Below are positions 28,453-37,080 of a stretch of DNA of 64,000 nucleotides, one piece after another. The translations under genes were made by a program, and so were the position numbers. The stretch's first letter is position 1. The number at the start of each line of letters is the position of its first letter. The notes beneath the pieces are model-generated. The model saw nothing but the letters and a program-made list of their open reading frames with translations. It had not been told where the DNA came from and did not search any database. This stretch comes from a virus (taxonomy: Duplodnaviria > Caudoviricetes): positions 2,628 to 66,627 of the IMG/VR virus record IMGVR_UViG_3300032272_000011; one strand, 5' to 3'.

Positions 28453-28908
28453 ATGAAGTACCTTGTCCCTTTGCTGTTGCTGGCCGGTTGTGCCAGCCCT
28501 CCCACCGTGCTCGAGAAGACCGTTGTCGTGATTAGTCGCGTCCAGGTCTCCTCGCTTGACTTCGACGGCGGTCTCGTCACCGTGACCGTGCGCTCCGACG
28601 GCATGAACGAGATCGACGTCATGCTGTTCGACTCCGAAGTCCAGCTCCGGCACACGACCTCAAACCTTCCCGCCACCTTCGCCTTCGGAGGCTACGTCAT
28701 CACGATTTCGGTAAAGCACGAGATCACCGTGGACGAAGAGAAGAGTAGCAGCGAGATTGCTGCCTTGGAGACAACCCATGCCCTGGAAAGCTTCCTTCAG
28801 CGTCTCGAACAACGAGCATCGCGTCCTCGACGACAACTATCAATGCGCGGCTCTTGGAGCGACCTCCGAGATGGCGGAACGCATCGCCGAGGCCCTGAAC
28901 CGCGATGA
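28453..28908 (+). CDS. Lipoprotein (leaderless start)
   Basis: LLLLAGC lipobox; TACCGT-N6-ATG; 3' end overlaps next gene by ~130 nt. Confidence 0.5.
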   Translation: MKYLVPLLLLAGCASPPTVLEKTVVVISRVQVSSLDFDGGLVTVTVRSDGMNEIDVMLFDSEVQLRHTTSNLPATFAFGGYVITISVKHEITVDEEKSSSEIAALETTHALESFLQRLEQRASRPRRQLSMRGSWSDLRDGGTHRRGPEPR

Positions 28909-29050
28909 GAAGATCCTCCGCGCGCTCGGCGTGCTGCGGGGGCTGGTGTACGCTCAGCTGTTGGTGGGCGTGTTAGAGGGTTCCCTGGACGATCGCGACG
29001 AGCGTGTGCTGCGCAAGGCGATCTCCGATGCAGACGAGTTCCTACGATGA
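28778..29050 (+). CDS. Hypothetical protein
   Basis: GGAGA SD. Confidence 0.5.
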   Translation: MPWKASFSVSNNEHRVLDDNYQCAALGATSEMAERIAEALNRDEKILRALGVLRGLVYAQLLVGVLEGSLDDRDERVLRKAISDADEFLR

Positions 29051-29394
29051 CCAAGTTCGAAGACAAGCCCAGCTACTGGAACGGGACCGGCAAGTACCAG
29101 AAGGAGTACAAGCGCCTCCACAAGAAGCTCGTGCCCCTCAGCGGAGTGGCGGACACCCTCGAGGGTGAGCTGCTCCGCACCCTGGGCCGGGTGTACAACG
29201 AGGTGTTCAACAACGGGGGCTGCAACTTCGACCTGCTGCACATGAAGGCCCACGCCCTGTTCTTCCTCCGCTTCGACGACCTGTGGTCGCTGAACACTGG
29301 GAAGGTGGTGAAGTCCATCCTGAAGGGTAAGACCACGCACCTGGATGAGCTGACCGACGCCGTGGTCCTGCTGGTGATGGACAGAGTGAAGTGA
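29047..29394 (+). CDS. Hypothetical phage protein
   Basis: Coupled; SYWNGTGKYQ motif. Confidence 0.6.
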   Translation: MTKFEDKPSYWNGTGKYQKEYKRLHKKLVPLSGVADTLEGELLRTLGRVYNEVFNNGGCNFDLLHMKAHALFFLRFDDLWSLNTGKVVKSILKGKTTHLDELTDAVVLLVMDRVK

Positions 29395-29660
29395 AAGACA
29401 AGCCCAGCTTCCAAGGAAGCGTTGCCCCGAACCCCGATTCAGTGAAGAAGGTGGGTCCTCTGATCACCATGATCTTCGTTCGTCACCGGGCCAATAGCAT
29501 CGACGAAGGTTGGCTGGGGACGTTCGACGTTACACAGTTGCCCGACGTTGAAGACTACGTGTGGGTGGACGGCCAAGAGTGGAAGGTTGTTCGCCGTCGC
29601 TGGGAGTTCCCCGGTGTGCGCCACGCCTGCCAGGTCCTGATCTTTCTGAGAGAATCATGA
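29391..29660 (+). CDS. Hypothetical protein
   Basis: Coupled. Confidence 0.5.
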   Translation: MKDKPSFQGSVAPNPDSVKKVGPLITMIFVRHRANSIDEGWLGTFDVTQLPDVEDYVWVDGQEWKVVRRRWEFPGVRHACQVLIFLRES

Positions 29661-29836
29661 ACCAGTTCGCCTTGATCGTCACCTTCGTGCTCATGAGCAC
29701 CATGGTGACCCGAATCTTTGCCCGCCCCGGCTCCACCAAGGAGAAGGCTGCGGAAATCATCCTTCGGCTGGCCCTGCTGCTGGCCATCATCTGCTGGACC
29801 ACAGTGTGGGTCCATGCGATCATGGAGAGTCCGTGA
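29657..29836 (+). CDS. Small two-TM protein
   Basis: Hydrophobic helices; coupled. Confidence 0.5.
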   Translation: MNQFALIVTFVLMSTMVTRIFARPGSTKEKAAEIILRLALLLAIICWTTVWVHAIMESP

Positions 29837-30243
29837 GAAAAGTCATTGTCTGTGGTTCGCGAGTGGAAGCCTGGGAGAAGGCCGGGTGGGCCGCTGCTGT
29901 TCTGGCCGTGACGGAGCTGGATGCCGGGTGCATCATCTCCGGAGGAGCGACCGGCGTAGACGCTGGAGCGGCCCGCATGTGCGAACAGAGGGGCGTCCCT
30001 CACATGCAGTTCCAAGCGGCGTGGACGGCCTTCCAGAGGAAGGCAGGACCCATCCGAAACGAGTGGATGCTCAGGTGGGGCCTGCCCCAGGCCGTCGTGG
30101 CGGTGCAGACCCCGGTCATGGGGCCTGGCACCAAGAGCATGATCCGCCTCGCGATGCGAGAGCAGATCCCGGTGTGGTTGTACGTACCCAACACCACCGA
30201 GCTGAAGCGGTACGACATGGATCAAAAGAAGCTATGGCCCTGA
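29833..30243 (+). CDS. SLOG-family (DUF2493/YspA-like) protein
   Basis: VIVCGSR, IISGGATGVD, AGPIRNEWM, GTKSMI. Confidence 0.8.
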   Translation: MRKVIVCGSRVEAWEKAGWAAAVLAVTELDAGCIISGGATGVDAGAARMCEQRGVPHMQFQAAWTAFQRKAGPIRNEWMLRWGLPQAVVAVQTPVMGPGTKSMIRLAMREQIPVWLYVPNTTELKRYDMDQKKLWP

Positions 30244-30584
30244 AGGAAGCTGACAAGTGCATCGCCATGCGTGACGATCCGCCCCACTACCTGAGGAAGT
30301 ACCCTTGCTCTCGACGCAACGGTCACGGCCCAGGGGGACTCTTCTGTTGGCAGCACGGCCGCATGGAGGACAGGAAGGTGATGCCGGAGCACGCGGTGAC
30401 GGTCCACGGTCCCTGCGTGTCGTGCAAGAAGAGGTGGGCTGGAGGAACAGAGGAGAGGTGTGGGCTCTGCCACATGGACCAGTCGTGGGTCCGGCTGAAG
30501 TGCCGGTGCGACTGGGAGGGCATGGGCAGGCAGCACAAGGGTGGCGCGACCTGCCCCCGCTGCGATTGGTGGGGCCGTATTTGA
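30234..30584 (+). CDS. Cys-rich zinc-finger-like protein
   Basis: Multiple CxxC. Confidence 0.45.
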   Translation: MALKEADKCIAMRDDPPHYLRKYPCSRRNGHGPGGLFCWQHGRMEDRKVMPEHAVTVHGPCVSCKKRWAGGTEERCGLCHMDQSWVRLKCRCDWEGMGRQHKGGATCPRCDWWGRI

Positions 30585-30619
30585 GTTGTCGTTTGGCGCG
30601 GGACGTGGGATGCTTCGGC

Positions 30620-30826
30620 ATGAGTTACTTATCAACCAAGCCCGGCCTGAACGAGGCCACCGTGAAGATGCTGCGCCGCGTGAACCTGAAGAAGGTGACG
30701 CGGTGGGGTTTCTTCAACCTCGACGTCGCCCTGAGGCAGTTGCCCTCGCACTACAAGATCGACCTGTGCCTCAACGAGGATGCGGCACGCACCATCATCA
30801 ACTCCCGTGTTCGGAGCCGTCGCTGA
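30620..30826 (+). CDS. Hypothetical protein (leaderless start)
   Basis: TTGTCG-N17-GATGCT-N5-ATG. Confidence 0.5.
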   Translation: MSYLSTKPGLNEATVKMLRRVNLKKVTRWGFFNLDVALRQLPSHYKIDLCLNEDAARTIINSRVRSRR

Positions 30827-30987
30827 TGTACGAAGTGGAAGTGAAGTGGCGCGGCGAGATGTGTTGGACGGTTCGTCAGTCGTTCGATGACTTGGTCGAG
30901 GCGCAGATGTGCGTGAAGCGACTGAAGGAGCTGGACGGCCTCAAGAGTGTTCGGATCCGCAACGCGGAAGGGAAGATCGTCGAATGA
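30826..30987 (+). CDS. Small hypothetical protein
   Basis: TGATG coupling. Confidence 0.5.
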   Translation: MYEVEVKWRGEMCWTVRQSFDDLVEAQMCVKRLKELDGLKSVRIRNAEGKIVE

Positions 30988-31205
30988 AACCCGTGACCTA
31001 CCGTCTGCTCACGAACGTGGGCGGAAGCCATTGGACCGTCGACGCTTCGGACCTCGGTCTGAAACCCGGTCAGTTCCCCGACGTGCTGGAAGTGACCAAG
31101 GACTTCGGCAACGGCAAGCCGCTGATGCGGAAGCGGACTGAGACTTGGGGCGTCGGCTACCAGCAGCGCCTGGGCACCGCAACCTTGATGGTCTTCGATG
31201 ATTGA
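30984..31205 (+). CDS. Hypothetical protein
   Basis: ATGA coupling. Confidence 0.5.
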   Translation: MKPVTYRLLTNVGGSHWTVDASDLGLKPGQFPDVLEVTKDFGNGKPLMRKRTETWGVGYQQRLGTATLMVFDD

Positions 31206-31485
31206 CCTGCAGGCCGAACTGAGACGACCGTGCCTCAGCTTCGACGCGCTGCGTGGTCGGGCCCAGCACGACAGCGTGGTGTTGCGTTGGCAGGGCAGAG
31301 ACTTCCAGGTCCTGCTGACCACCACGCGGATCGGCATCCACAAGTGGCTCTGCTCCGTTGTGCCCAGGGAGGGGCTGAGCCTTGCGCGCCATATGTTGTC
31401 GGGAGTGGGCAGGGACGAGAAGGTATACCAGGGTGAACGTGGGACTCACGTCACCCGGCTGGTCGTCAGTGAGGACTTCGAATGA
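31198..31485 (+). CDS. Hypothetical protein
   Basis: Overlap-coupled. Confidence 0.45.
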   Translation: MIDLQAELRRPCLSFDALRGRAQHDSVVLRWQGRDFQVLLTTTRIGIHKWLCSVVPREGLSLARHMLSGVGRDEKVYQGERGTHVTRLVVSEDFE

Positions 31486-31898
31486 TGCGTCTTCTCGCCT
31501 TGCTCCTTCTCTGCGGAACCCTGTCGGCCCAAGGAACGACGTTGCTCTTCAGCAACAACGGGTTCCAGACCTCGACCTTCCACTTTGAGGTGGACCTGAC
31601 GGTGTCCGGGGTGCTCCCGGTGACATCGCTGGACCTCTTCTCCCCGCCCGGACCCTTCTGTGTGTTCTGGGTGCCCGGCCCTCCGCTGGCTGCGGGGCTG
31701 CTGACGCCGGCCAACGGACTCTTGTGGCTCGACCCGGCGCTTGGTCCTCAGATGATCTACGCCGGCAACGCCACCTTCGGACTCACCCTCGTGATGACGT
31801 TCGTCACGAGCGCTTTCCCTCCCGGCATGGACCTGACTTTCCAGGCCATCGCAGGGGGTGGAACGGACCTCTCCACCTCGCTTCACCTGACTACATAG
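31482..31898 (+). CDS. Exported protein 1 of tandem cassette
   Basis: Signal peptide ...GTLSA/QG; C-terminal FPPGMDLTFQAIA. Confidence 0.7.
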   Translation: MMRLLALLLLCGTLSAQGTTLLFSNNGFQTSTFHFEVDLTVSGVLPVTSLDLFSPPGPFCVFWVPGPPLAAGLLTPANGLLWLDPALGPQMIYAGNATFGLTLVMTFVTSAFPPGMDLTFQAIAGGGTDLSTSLHLTT

Positions 31899-31911
31899 GA
31901 AACCCTGAACC

Positions 31912-32511
31912 GTGAAAACCCTCCTCCTCGTGGCGCTCGTCGCCCTCTTCGTCGGCGTCGTGCCGGTGGGTGCGCAGTGCACCAACCCCTTCTGTCCGCC
32001 TGTTTTGGGTCAGCCGCAGGCGCTGCTGACCTCGAACAACGCGGTGCAGTACGACCCAAGCGACCCGTGGACTTACGTGGTCGACCCTCAGAGCTACCCC
32101 GTCCCCGGTGCGCCCGTCGAACCGATCTCGAACGCCCAACAGTGGCAGACCACTACTCTGGAGCTGACCTCGAACGTCGTTACGCCATACTGGATATGGA
32201 TGGACTTCGGCTCTGGCAACGTAGTGGGTGGTGGCCTCGCTGGCCTCTCTTCCGTACCTCCGTTTGCTACTCCTTGGGGTCCGTTCGCCATGATGGCGGA
32301 CCCTTCCTTGGTGATCCTCATCGCTTCCGGCACTCATCCCGGCGGCGGGACCATCACGATCGCCGAGATTCCCACCCCGGCGTGGCCCTCGAACATCTTG
32401 GGGACGCTCGGCATCGGGCTCCAAGGTGCCGTCGGGTTCGGCGCCACTCCCTCACCCATCCTCGGCTCGTTGCCCCCGGTAGGTCTCACCACGTACCTCT
32501 ACTTCGAGTAG
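31912..32511 (+). CDS. Exported protein 2 of tandem cassette
   Basis: Signal peptide ...VPVGA/QC; Pro/Gly-rich. Confidence 0.7.
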   Translation: MKTLLLVALVALFVGVVPVGAQCTNPFCPPVLGQPQALLTSNNAVQYDPSDPWTYVVDPQSYPVPGAPVEPISNAQQWQTTTLELTSNVVTPYWIWMDFGSGNVVGGGLAGLSSVPPFATPWGPFAMMADPSLVILIASGTHPGGGTITIAEIPTPAWPSNILGTLGIGLQGAVGFGATPSPILGSLPPVGLTTYLYFE

Positions 32512-32519
32512 GAACCCTC

Positions 32520-32945
32520 ATGAACATCAAGATCCTCGTCGCCCTCGTGGCGCTCGTTGCCCTCCCCGGCATTTCCTCGGCCCAGACCCTCACCACCAAC
32601 GTGAGCACGTCCGCCGTCACTGGCGGCCGCACCGCCGTCGGTCCCTGGACCGGCCAAGTCACCGTTGACGTCTCCGCCGTCACTGCGGGCCTGTTGGGCA
32701 CCACCGTCATCTACGTCTCGGCTCAGACCCCGTTGAGCGTCGGTCAGTCGATTCCCCCGTTCATCGGCCTCAACTACCTCCGGGCGCCCGCCACGATCTT
32801 CACGACCGTGACCACGGTCACCGTGGGCGTTCCCGTTCCCGTTCTGTCCGCGCCGGGGTCCACCTTCCCGCCGGGACTGGACTTCACCCTCCAAGCGTTG
32901 GCCAACAACACCGCGCTCGGGGCTCACCTTTGGTTCCAGACTTGA
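32520..32945 (+). CDS. Exported protein 3 of tandem cassette
   Basis: Signal peptide ...GISSA/QT; C-terminal FPPGLDFTLQALA. Confidence 0.7.
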   Translation: MNIKILVALVALVALPGISSAQTLTTNVSTSAVTGGRTAVGPWTGQVTVDVSAVTAGLLGTTVIYVSAQTPLSVGQSIPPFIGLNYLRAPATIFTTVTTVTVGVPVPVLSAPGSTFPPGLDFTLQALANNTALGAHLWFQT

Positions 32946-32956
32946 GAGTTCCAACC

Positions 32957-33424
32957 ATGAAGAACTTCCTGCTTCTCTCGGCCTTCATCGGCCTCTTCAG
33001 TGTCACGGGGGTCGCTCAGATCTCCTTGACGATCTACACCACTCCGGGCAGCACTGCTGTCACCGGCTCAGGCAGCTACACCGTCGAGGAAGGCGATTGG
33101 CTCAGTGTCTCGCTCCCGAAGCCCGCGTGGACGGTGCGCTACATCTGGCGGTACTGGGTGCTCCATTCGGACAACACCCTCAGCGCCGTCGGTCGCTCCA
33201 TCCAGAACGCCACGAGCGCTCCCGGCTCTACCGTGTTCAGCGGGGCCGAGATCGATGACGACGACATCACGGACCCTCCGGCACTTGAAGACGGGGACGT
33301 CTACCTCTACGGAGGAAAGCCCGTGCTCACCGTCGAGGTGGACTACAAGGTGATCAACCCGCCCAACCCGCCGGGCCACAACGTCGTGACCTACGACTAC
33401 GACAACGTCTGCTACGACGAGTAG
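32957..33424 (+). CDS. Exported protein 4 of tandem cassette
   Basis: Signal peptide ...VTGVA/QI; beta-rich acidic. Confidence 0.7.
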   Translation: MKNFLLLSAFIGLFSVTGVAQISLTIYTTPGSTAVTGSGSYTVEEGDWLSVSLPKPAWTVRYIWRYWVLHSDNTLSAVGRSIQNATSAPGSTVFSGAEIDDDDITDPPALEDGDVYLYGGKPVLTVEVDYKVINPPNPPGHNVVTYDYDNVCYDE

Positions 33425-33447
33425 CACCTGAGCAGCTCAGGTGGTGG

Positions 33448-33475
33448 GGGCGTGCCGCAGGGTGCGCCCTTTTTT
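33448..33475 (+). terminator. Rho-independent terminator
   Basis: gggcgtgcc-gcag-ggtgcgccc then T6. Confidence 0.7.
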
Positions 33476-33519
33476 GTGGGCTGCGTGGGGAAGCGGTTGT
33501 CGTTTTGTTGGGGTTGTCG

Positions 33520-33547
33520 TTTAGTTCTCGTGTTCTCGAGACGATGA
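33520..33547 (+). promoter_or_regulatory. Degenerate sigma28-type promoter
   Basis: TTTA-N16-GACGATGA, then hairpin and cctggagacgaccgATG leader like the 37-41 kb cassettes. Confidence 0.4.
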
Positions 33548-33601
33548 AGTGAAGGCAAGGGCGACTCGGAAGTCGCCTCTTCCCTCCCCTGGAGACGACC
33601 G

Positions 33602-33997
33602 ATGAAGACTACGACGAACGAAGAGAAGATCGCGGCCTGGATTGAGGGCGCTGAGCGTGAGGTGAAGCGGATTCGGGAGGTGGGCGCACGCGCTGACTTG
33701 CTGCATCTGGTGGGTGAGGCCCAGGAGAACGACCTGCGGTGCGCGGAGCGGGTGAACAACCTGCTGGGCCGGGTTGCCGAGGAGGAACGGATGACGAGGC
33801 TGCTGACGGTGGCGACGAAAAGGTTGGCGGACGGCATCTTCAACACGAAGAAGGTCGGGGGCGCTCTCGACGAGCTGGTGGAGTATGCCTGCGACCAGCT
33901 GGGATGCCAGTCGGGCGACATGATCAGCGTTTGGCGCTCGAACGCGGCGGCGGACTTCTTGTCGTCGATGCGTCGACTGCAGAAGGAGCTGGTCTGA
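33602..33997 (+). CDS. Hypothetical helical protein
   Basis: GGAGA SD. Confidence 0.6.
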   Translation: MKTTTNEEKIAAWIEGAEREVKRIREVGARADLLHLVGEAQENDLRCAERVNNLLGRVAEEERMTRLLTVATKRLADGIFNTKKVGGALDELVEYACDQLGCQSGDMISVWRSNAAADFLSSMRRLQKELV

Positions 33998-34098
33998 TGG
34001 GGCCCGACGACAAGGTGTGCAGCCACCCGGACTACGTCCTGCGAGGCGAGGAGGAGCGGCCCCACTGCTCCCGCTGTGGCAAGGAGCTGGATCTTTGA
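33997..34098 (+). CDS. Tiny zinc-finger-like peptide
   Basis: TGATG coupling; CSH...HCSRC. Confidence 0.35.
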   Translation: MGPDDKVCSHPDYVLRGEEERPHCSRCGKELDL

Positions 34099-34100
34099 CC

Positions 34101-34128
34101 TAAAGTCGTCGGTTGTCGACGACGAAGA
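34101..34128 (+). promoter_or_regulatory. Degenerate sigma28-type promoter
   Basis: TAAA-N16-GACGAAGA then hairpin and GGAGA SD. Confidence 0.4.
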
Positions 34129-34167
34129 GATAAGTGGCGGCGCGATAGGGCGCTGCGGAGATGACCG

Positions 34168-34374
34168 ATGAACACCAACACCCAACACCCCCTTGATGAG
34201 CTGGACGCGGAGATGGCCGCGTGGGCCAAGAGCCATGAGCTGCCGTCCTACTGCCCGAGCTGTGACGAGCACCACCACTCCCTGGTCTGCGAGGACGTGA
34301 CCGAGGAAGACGACTGGTGCGGCTGCGGCGCGTCCGATTACCCCCACGTCCACCTGCGAGAGGAGCAGATATGA
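34168..34374 (+). CDS. Small Cys/His-rich protein
   Basis: CPSC, CGC; GGAGA SD. Confidence 0.5.
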   Translation: MNTNTQHPLDELDAEMAAWAKSHELPSYCPSCDEHHHSLVCEDVTEEDDWCGCGASDYPHVHLREEQI

Positions 34375-34580
34375 GCGTGGGAGCGAACGACAAGCTCGTG
34401 GACCAGCGCTACGGAGACGGTCGGGTGGGCAACCCCTATGAGCGGTACCCCGAGCGATCGTCGTGGGTCGAGTTCGAGACCTGGGAGCGACCCGACGGCA
34501 CCCGGTATACGCTGACGCGACATGCGTCGCGGTGGGGCGGCGTGTTCAGCTACGAACCCTGGCAGAAGGAGCAGTCATGA
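34371..34580 (+). CDS. Hypothetical protein
   Basis: ATGA coupling. Confidence 0.5.
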   Translation: MSVGANDKLVDQRYGDGRVGNPYERYPERSSWVEFETWERPDGTRYTLTRHASRWGGVFSYEPWQKEQS

Positions 34581-34951
34581 AGATCGAAGACATCGTTGAG
34601 GCGAGGGAGCTGGTCGCGGTCCGCGTGCGGCGCACCCGAACGGCGCTGAACGGGTTGGATAGCGGCAACGCGCCCCTGAAGCGAGCGATACTCCGAGAGG
34701 ACTGGCGGCTGGCTCTCGAGGCGTGGCCCCTGGCTCGGGTTCGGCCCCGGCGAGCGGCGCTCCTGCGGGCTGCAGACGCTGCCCTGAAGAACGCCGAGGA
34801 GTTGGAGTGGGTTATTGCCCAGGGAGGGTTGCCGTGCGGGACGGACGACGCATACGGAGACCGGGCCAGGGAGCTGCGCGCCGAGGCAGCGGAGTGGGCG
34901 CGGCTGGCGGCGAAGCTCGAGACGCGAGCGAATGACATGGAGATCTCTTGA
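34577..34951 (+). CDS. Hypothetical protein
   Basis: AGGAG SD; coupling. Confidence 0.5.
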   Translation: MKIEDIVEARELVAVRVRRTRTALNGLDSGNAPLKRAILREDWRLALEAWPLARVRPRRAALLRAADAALKNAEELEWVIAQGGLPCGTDDAYGDRARELRAEAAEWARLAAKLETRANDMEIS

Positions 34952-34989
34952 AAGAGGTAGACTCTTTTCTACAGGAAAGGAAATCTACC

Positions 34990-35562
34990 ATGGGTGTACA
35001 CAAGTTTCGTCAGCCGCTGCTGATCGTGGGCGAGGACGTCGAGTACGTTCTGCCCCTCACCGAGGGTCGCGTCCACGACGCGATCAAGACCGACCTGCCC
35101 GACACGCCGGGCACCGACGACCTGGGGCTGGCGGAAGCCATCGGGTCCGTCCTGACCTCCATCGAGACCAACGGCGGAGCTACCGCGACGACCGTCGCCT
35201 ACGCGCTTTGGCGCGTGGTCCTCGACCCGCTGAAGTACGACGCCGGCTCGGACGTCACGGTGCGGGTGCGTGCGGTGACCTCGGCACTGGGAACGGTGTC
35301 GGACCTCGTCGACGTTGAGGTGAAGCTCGTGGGCGAAGACGCCTCGGTGGGCGCGGACCTCAACGGGACCGCCGCGACCCAGCTCACGACCTCCGCTGCG
35401 GACTACGACTTCGTGGTGGACGGGACGACCCTGACGCCTGGAGCCGAGATCCAGCTGAGGCTGACGATCTCCCGGGATGACACGGCCGGGGCCATCGCCG
35501 GAACCGTTACCGCGACGAAGGTGAGCCTGCTGCACAGCGCTCCGAACATCGACGCGAGCTAA
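34990..35562 (+). CDS. Virion-like beta-sandwich protein
   Basis: GGAAAGG SD; Thr/Asp/Val-rich like head decoration proteins. Confidence 0.5.
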   Translation: MGVHKFRQPLLIVGEDVEYVLPLTEGRVHDAIKTDLPDTPGTDDLGLAEAIGSVLTSIETNGGATATTVAYALWRVVLDPLKYDAGSDVTVRVRAVTSALGTVSDLVDVEVKLVGEDASVGADLNGTAATQLTTSAADYDFVVDGTTLTPGAEIQLRLTISRDDTAGAIAGTVTATKVSLLHSAPNIDAS

Positions 35563-36089
35563 GCAGGCTCGTACCAGTCGAGCGCAAGGCTGACTGCCTG
35601 GTTGCCCCCATCGATGTTGGTCAGACGGAAGAGGTAGTCCTCGCCTGTCTTGAGGATCCACTCGATGGGGGGCTGCCGACCTGCCGTCCCGCCTGGGAGG
35701 ATGCTGGAGGCCAGCAGGGTGCCATCGTCAGTGAGCGTGGGCGTGTGGGAGACGAGGGCCGTGGCTGTGTTGCTCGAGAACCTGTTCAGGTTCGGCGTGA
35801 GGATGCTGGTGCCCGCGCTGGAGTACGTGACGCCCTCGTAAACCTCGATCTGCATGTCCCCGCCTGCGGCTGCGAACCACCGCATGTGGGCCGCTTGGTC
35901 CGCGTGCACTTGGACGATGACCTCCACGTCTCCGTTGTTGGCGACGGAAGCGTTGGCGTGGGACGCCTCGAACATGATGCCCCGGTGGACGTTGGCATGG
36001 ATCTCGTCCATGGTGACCAGCGCGTTGTTCCAGGAATCGACGTGAGCGAGGTCGCCCCCGGTCGCGTCCTTGATGACTGAGATGCTCAT
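35559..36089 (-). CDS. Virion-like beta-rich protein (only clear minus-strand gene)
   Basis: AAGGAG SD and TAGAAT upstream on minus strand; stop overlaps that of the convergent gene. Confidence 0.6.
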   Translation of the reverse strand: MSISVIKDATGGDLAHVDSWNNALVTMDEIHANVHRGIMFEASHANASVANNGDVEVIVQVHADQAAHMRWFAAAGGDMQIEVYEGVTYSSAGTSILTPNLNRFSSNTATALVSHTPTLTDDGTLLASSILPGGTAGRQPPIEWILKTGEDYLFRLTNIDGGNQAVSLALDWYEPA

Positions 36090-36133
36090 GGTTCCTTCTC
36101 CTTCAGGGAGGGGATTCTACCGTGCGGAGCGGA

Positions 36134-36188
36134 GCGAGCGGTGGGTGCCCTGGGCGAGGGGCGAGCGGGTGGGTGCCCTGGGCGAGGG
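36134..36188. repeat. 27/28-bp tandem duplication
   Basis: gcgagcg(g)gtgggtgccctgggcgaggg x2. Confidence 0.8.
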
Positions 36189-36544
36189 AGGAGAGGGGCT
36201 CCAGCAGCGCCGCTGGGGGAGCGGGGAGGCGCCCAGGGGGCTCAGCGCCGCCTTGCGCAGCAGCGGAAAGGCGGCGCTGAGCTGTGTGATCGATATAACT
36301 TCCTGGGGAAGAGGGGGTTGGGCTGGAAAAGCGCTGTTTTGCGGGAAGTTTGTGGAGCACTTGACAAGAGCGGAGTACCGGAGCAACACTATTGGGGGAA
36401 GGAGTTACGACGTTTTGAAAATCGGGAGTGCGATCTTATGGACCCCCTAAACGTCCTGCAAAGTGTGGTTTGCTCACGGACTCACGATTGTCGGCTGTTT
36501 CTGAGGGTGGTAACCTCCTGTGGCCCAGTGGAATGCAACGGAAT

Positions 36545-36752
36545 ACTCATGGATCTCTCTTTTCAAAAGAGAGAGTAGAGAGAGAAAGAGCGTATATAGG
36601 AGTCGAGAGAGCCTCCTCCTCCTCCGTAGCGTTTTGACGCTCTCACGTGAGTTCCATGAGTAATTGTGGGAACCCCCCTGGGCAGAGGGAGTTGCCATGC
36701 TCAAGTGTGACTCATGGATGGGTGCGGGGCGTGAGTCCATGAGTCACGTGAG
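36545..36752. repeat. Left boundary element (ACTCATGGA/CACGTGA motifs and purine tract)
   Basis: 36560-36602 matches reverse complement of 42027-42069 at 38/43; four ACTCATGGA/TCCATGAGT copies. Confidence 0.75.
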
Positions 36753-36771
36753 CAGTGTTAGGGGGATGTTA

Positions 36772-36811
36772 GGCGCGGCGATTTGGCGTGTGGCGCGGCG
36801 ATTTGGCGTGT
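36772..36811. repeat. 20-bp perfect tandem repeat x2
   Basis: ggcgcggcgatttggcgtgt x2. Confidence 0.85.
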
Positions 36812-36981
36812 GACGTGAGAATGTGGACTTGTCGGGTTGACGTGGGAAAAGGCGTTGGGTGCGGGCCCCATGCTCACCGAGGGGCTGTCGCCGATTTTGC
36901 GACGAGGTTCTTGGTGACTCCTGTCGAGCCAACAGGTTACGACGATTACGGCCCTTTAGTCAGCGATAAGAGCCCCCGGAT

Positions 36982-37080
36982 CGCTCTGAGCCTCCTGCCG
37001 ATCCTCTGAGCCTCCTGGACATCCTCTGAGCCTCCCCGGTTTCACGGCCGAGAGCCTCCTGCATCCTCTGAGCCTCCCGG
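36982..37080. repeat. ~20-bp imperfect tandem repeats
   Basis: atcctctgagcctcc core, 4 copies plus a partial. Confidence 0.85.

Noticed and set aside
28778-28908. 130-nt gene overlap as a nested spanin pair
   Set aside because: The outer gene is the lipoprotein and the inner lacks a lipobox or TM, opposite to Rz/Rz1; more likely a C-terminal read-through extension.
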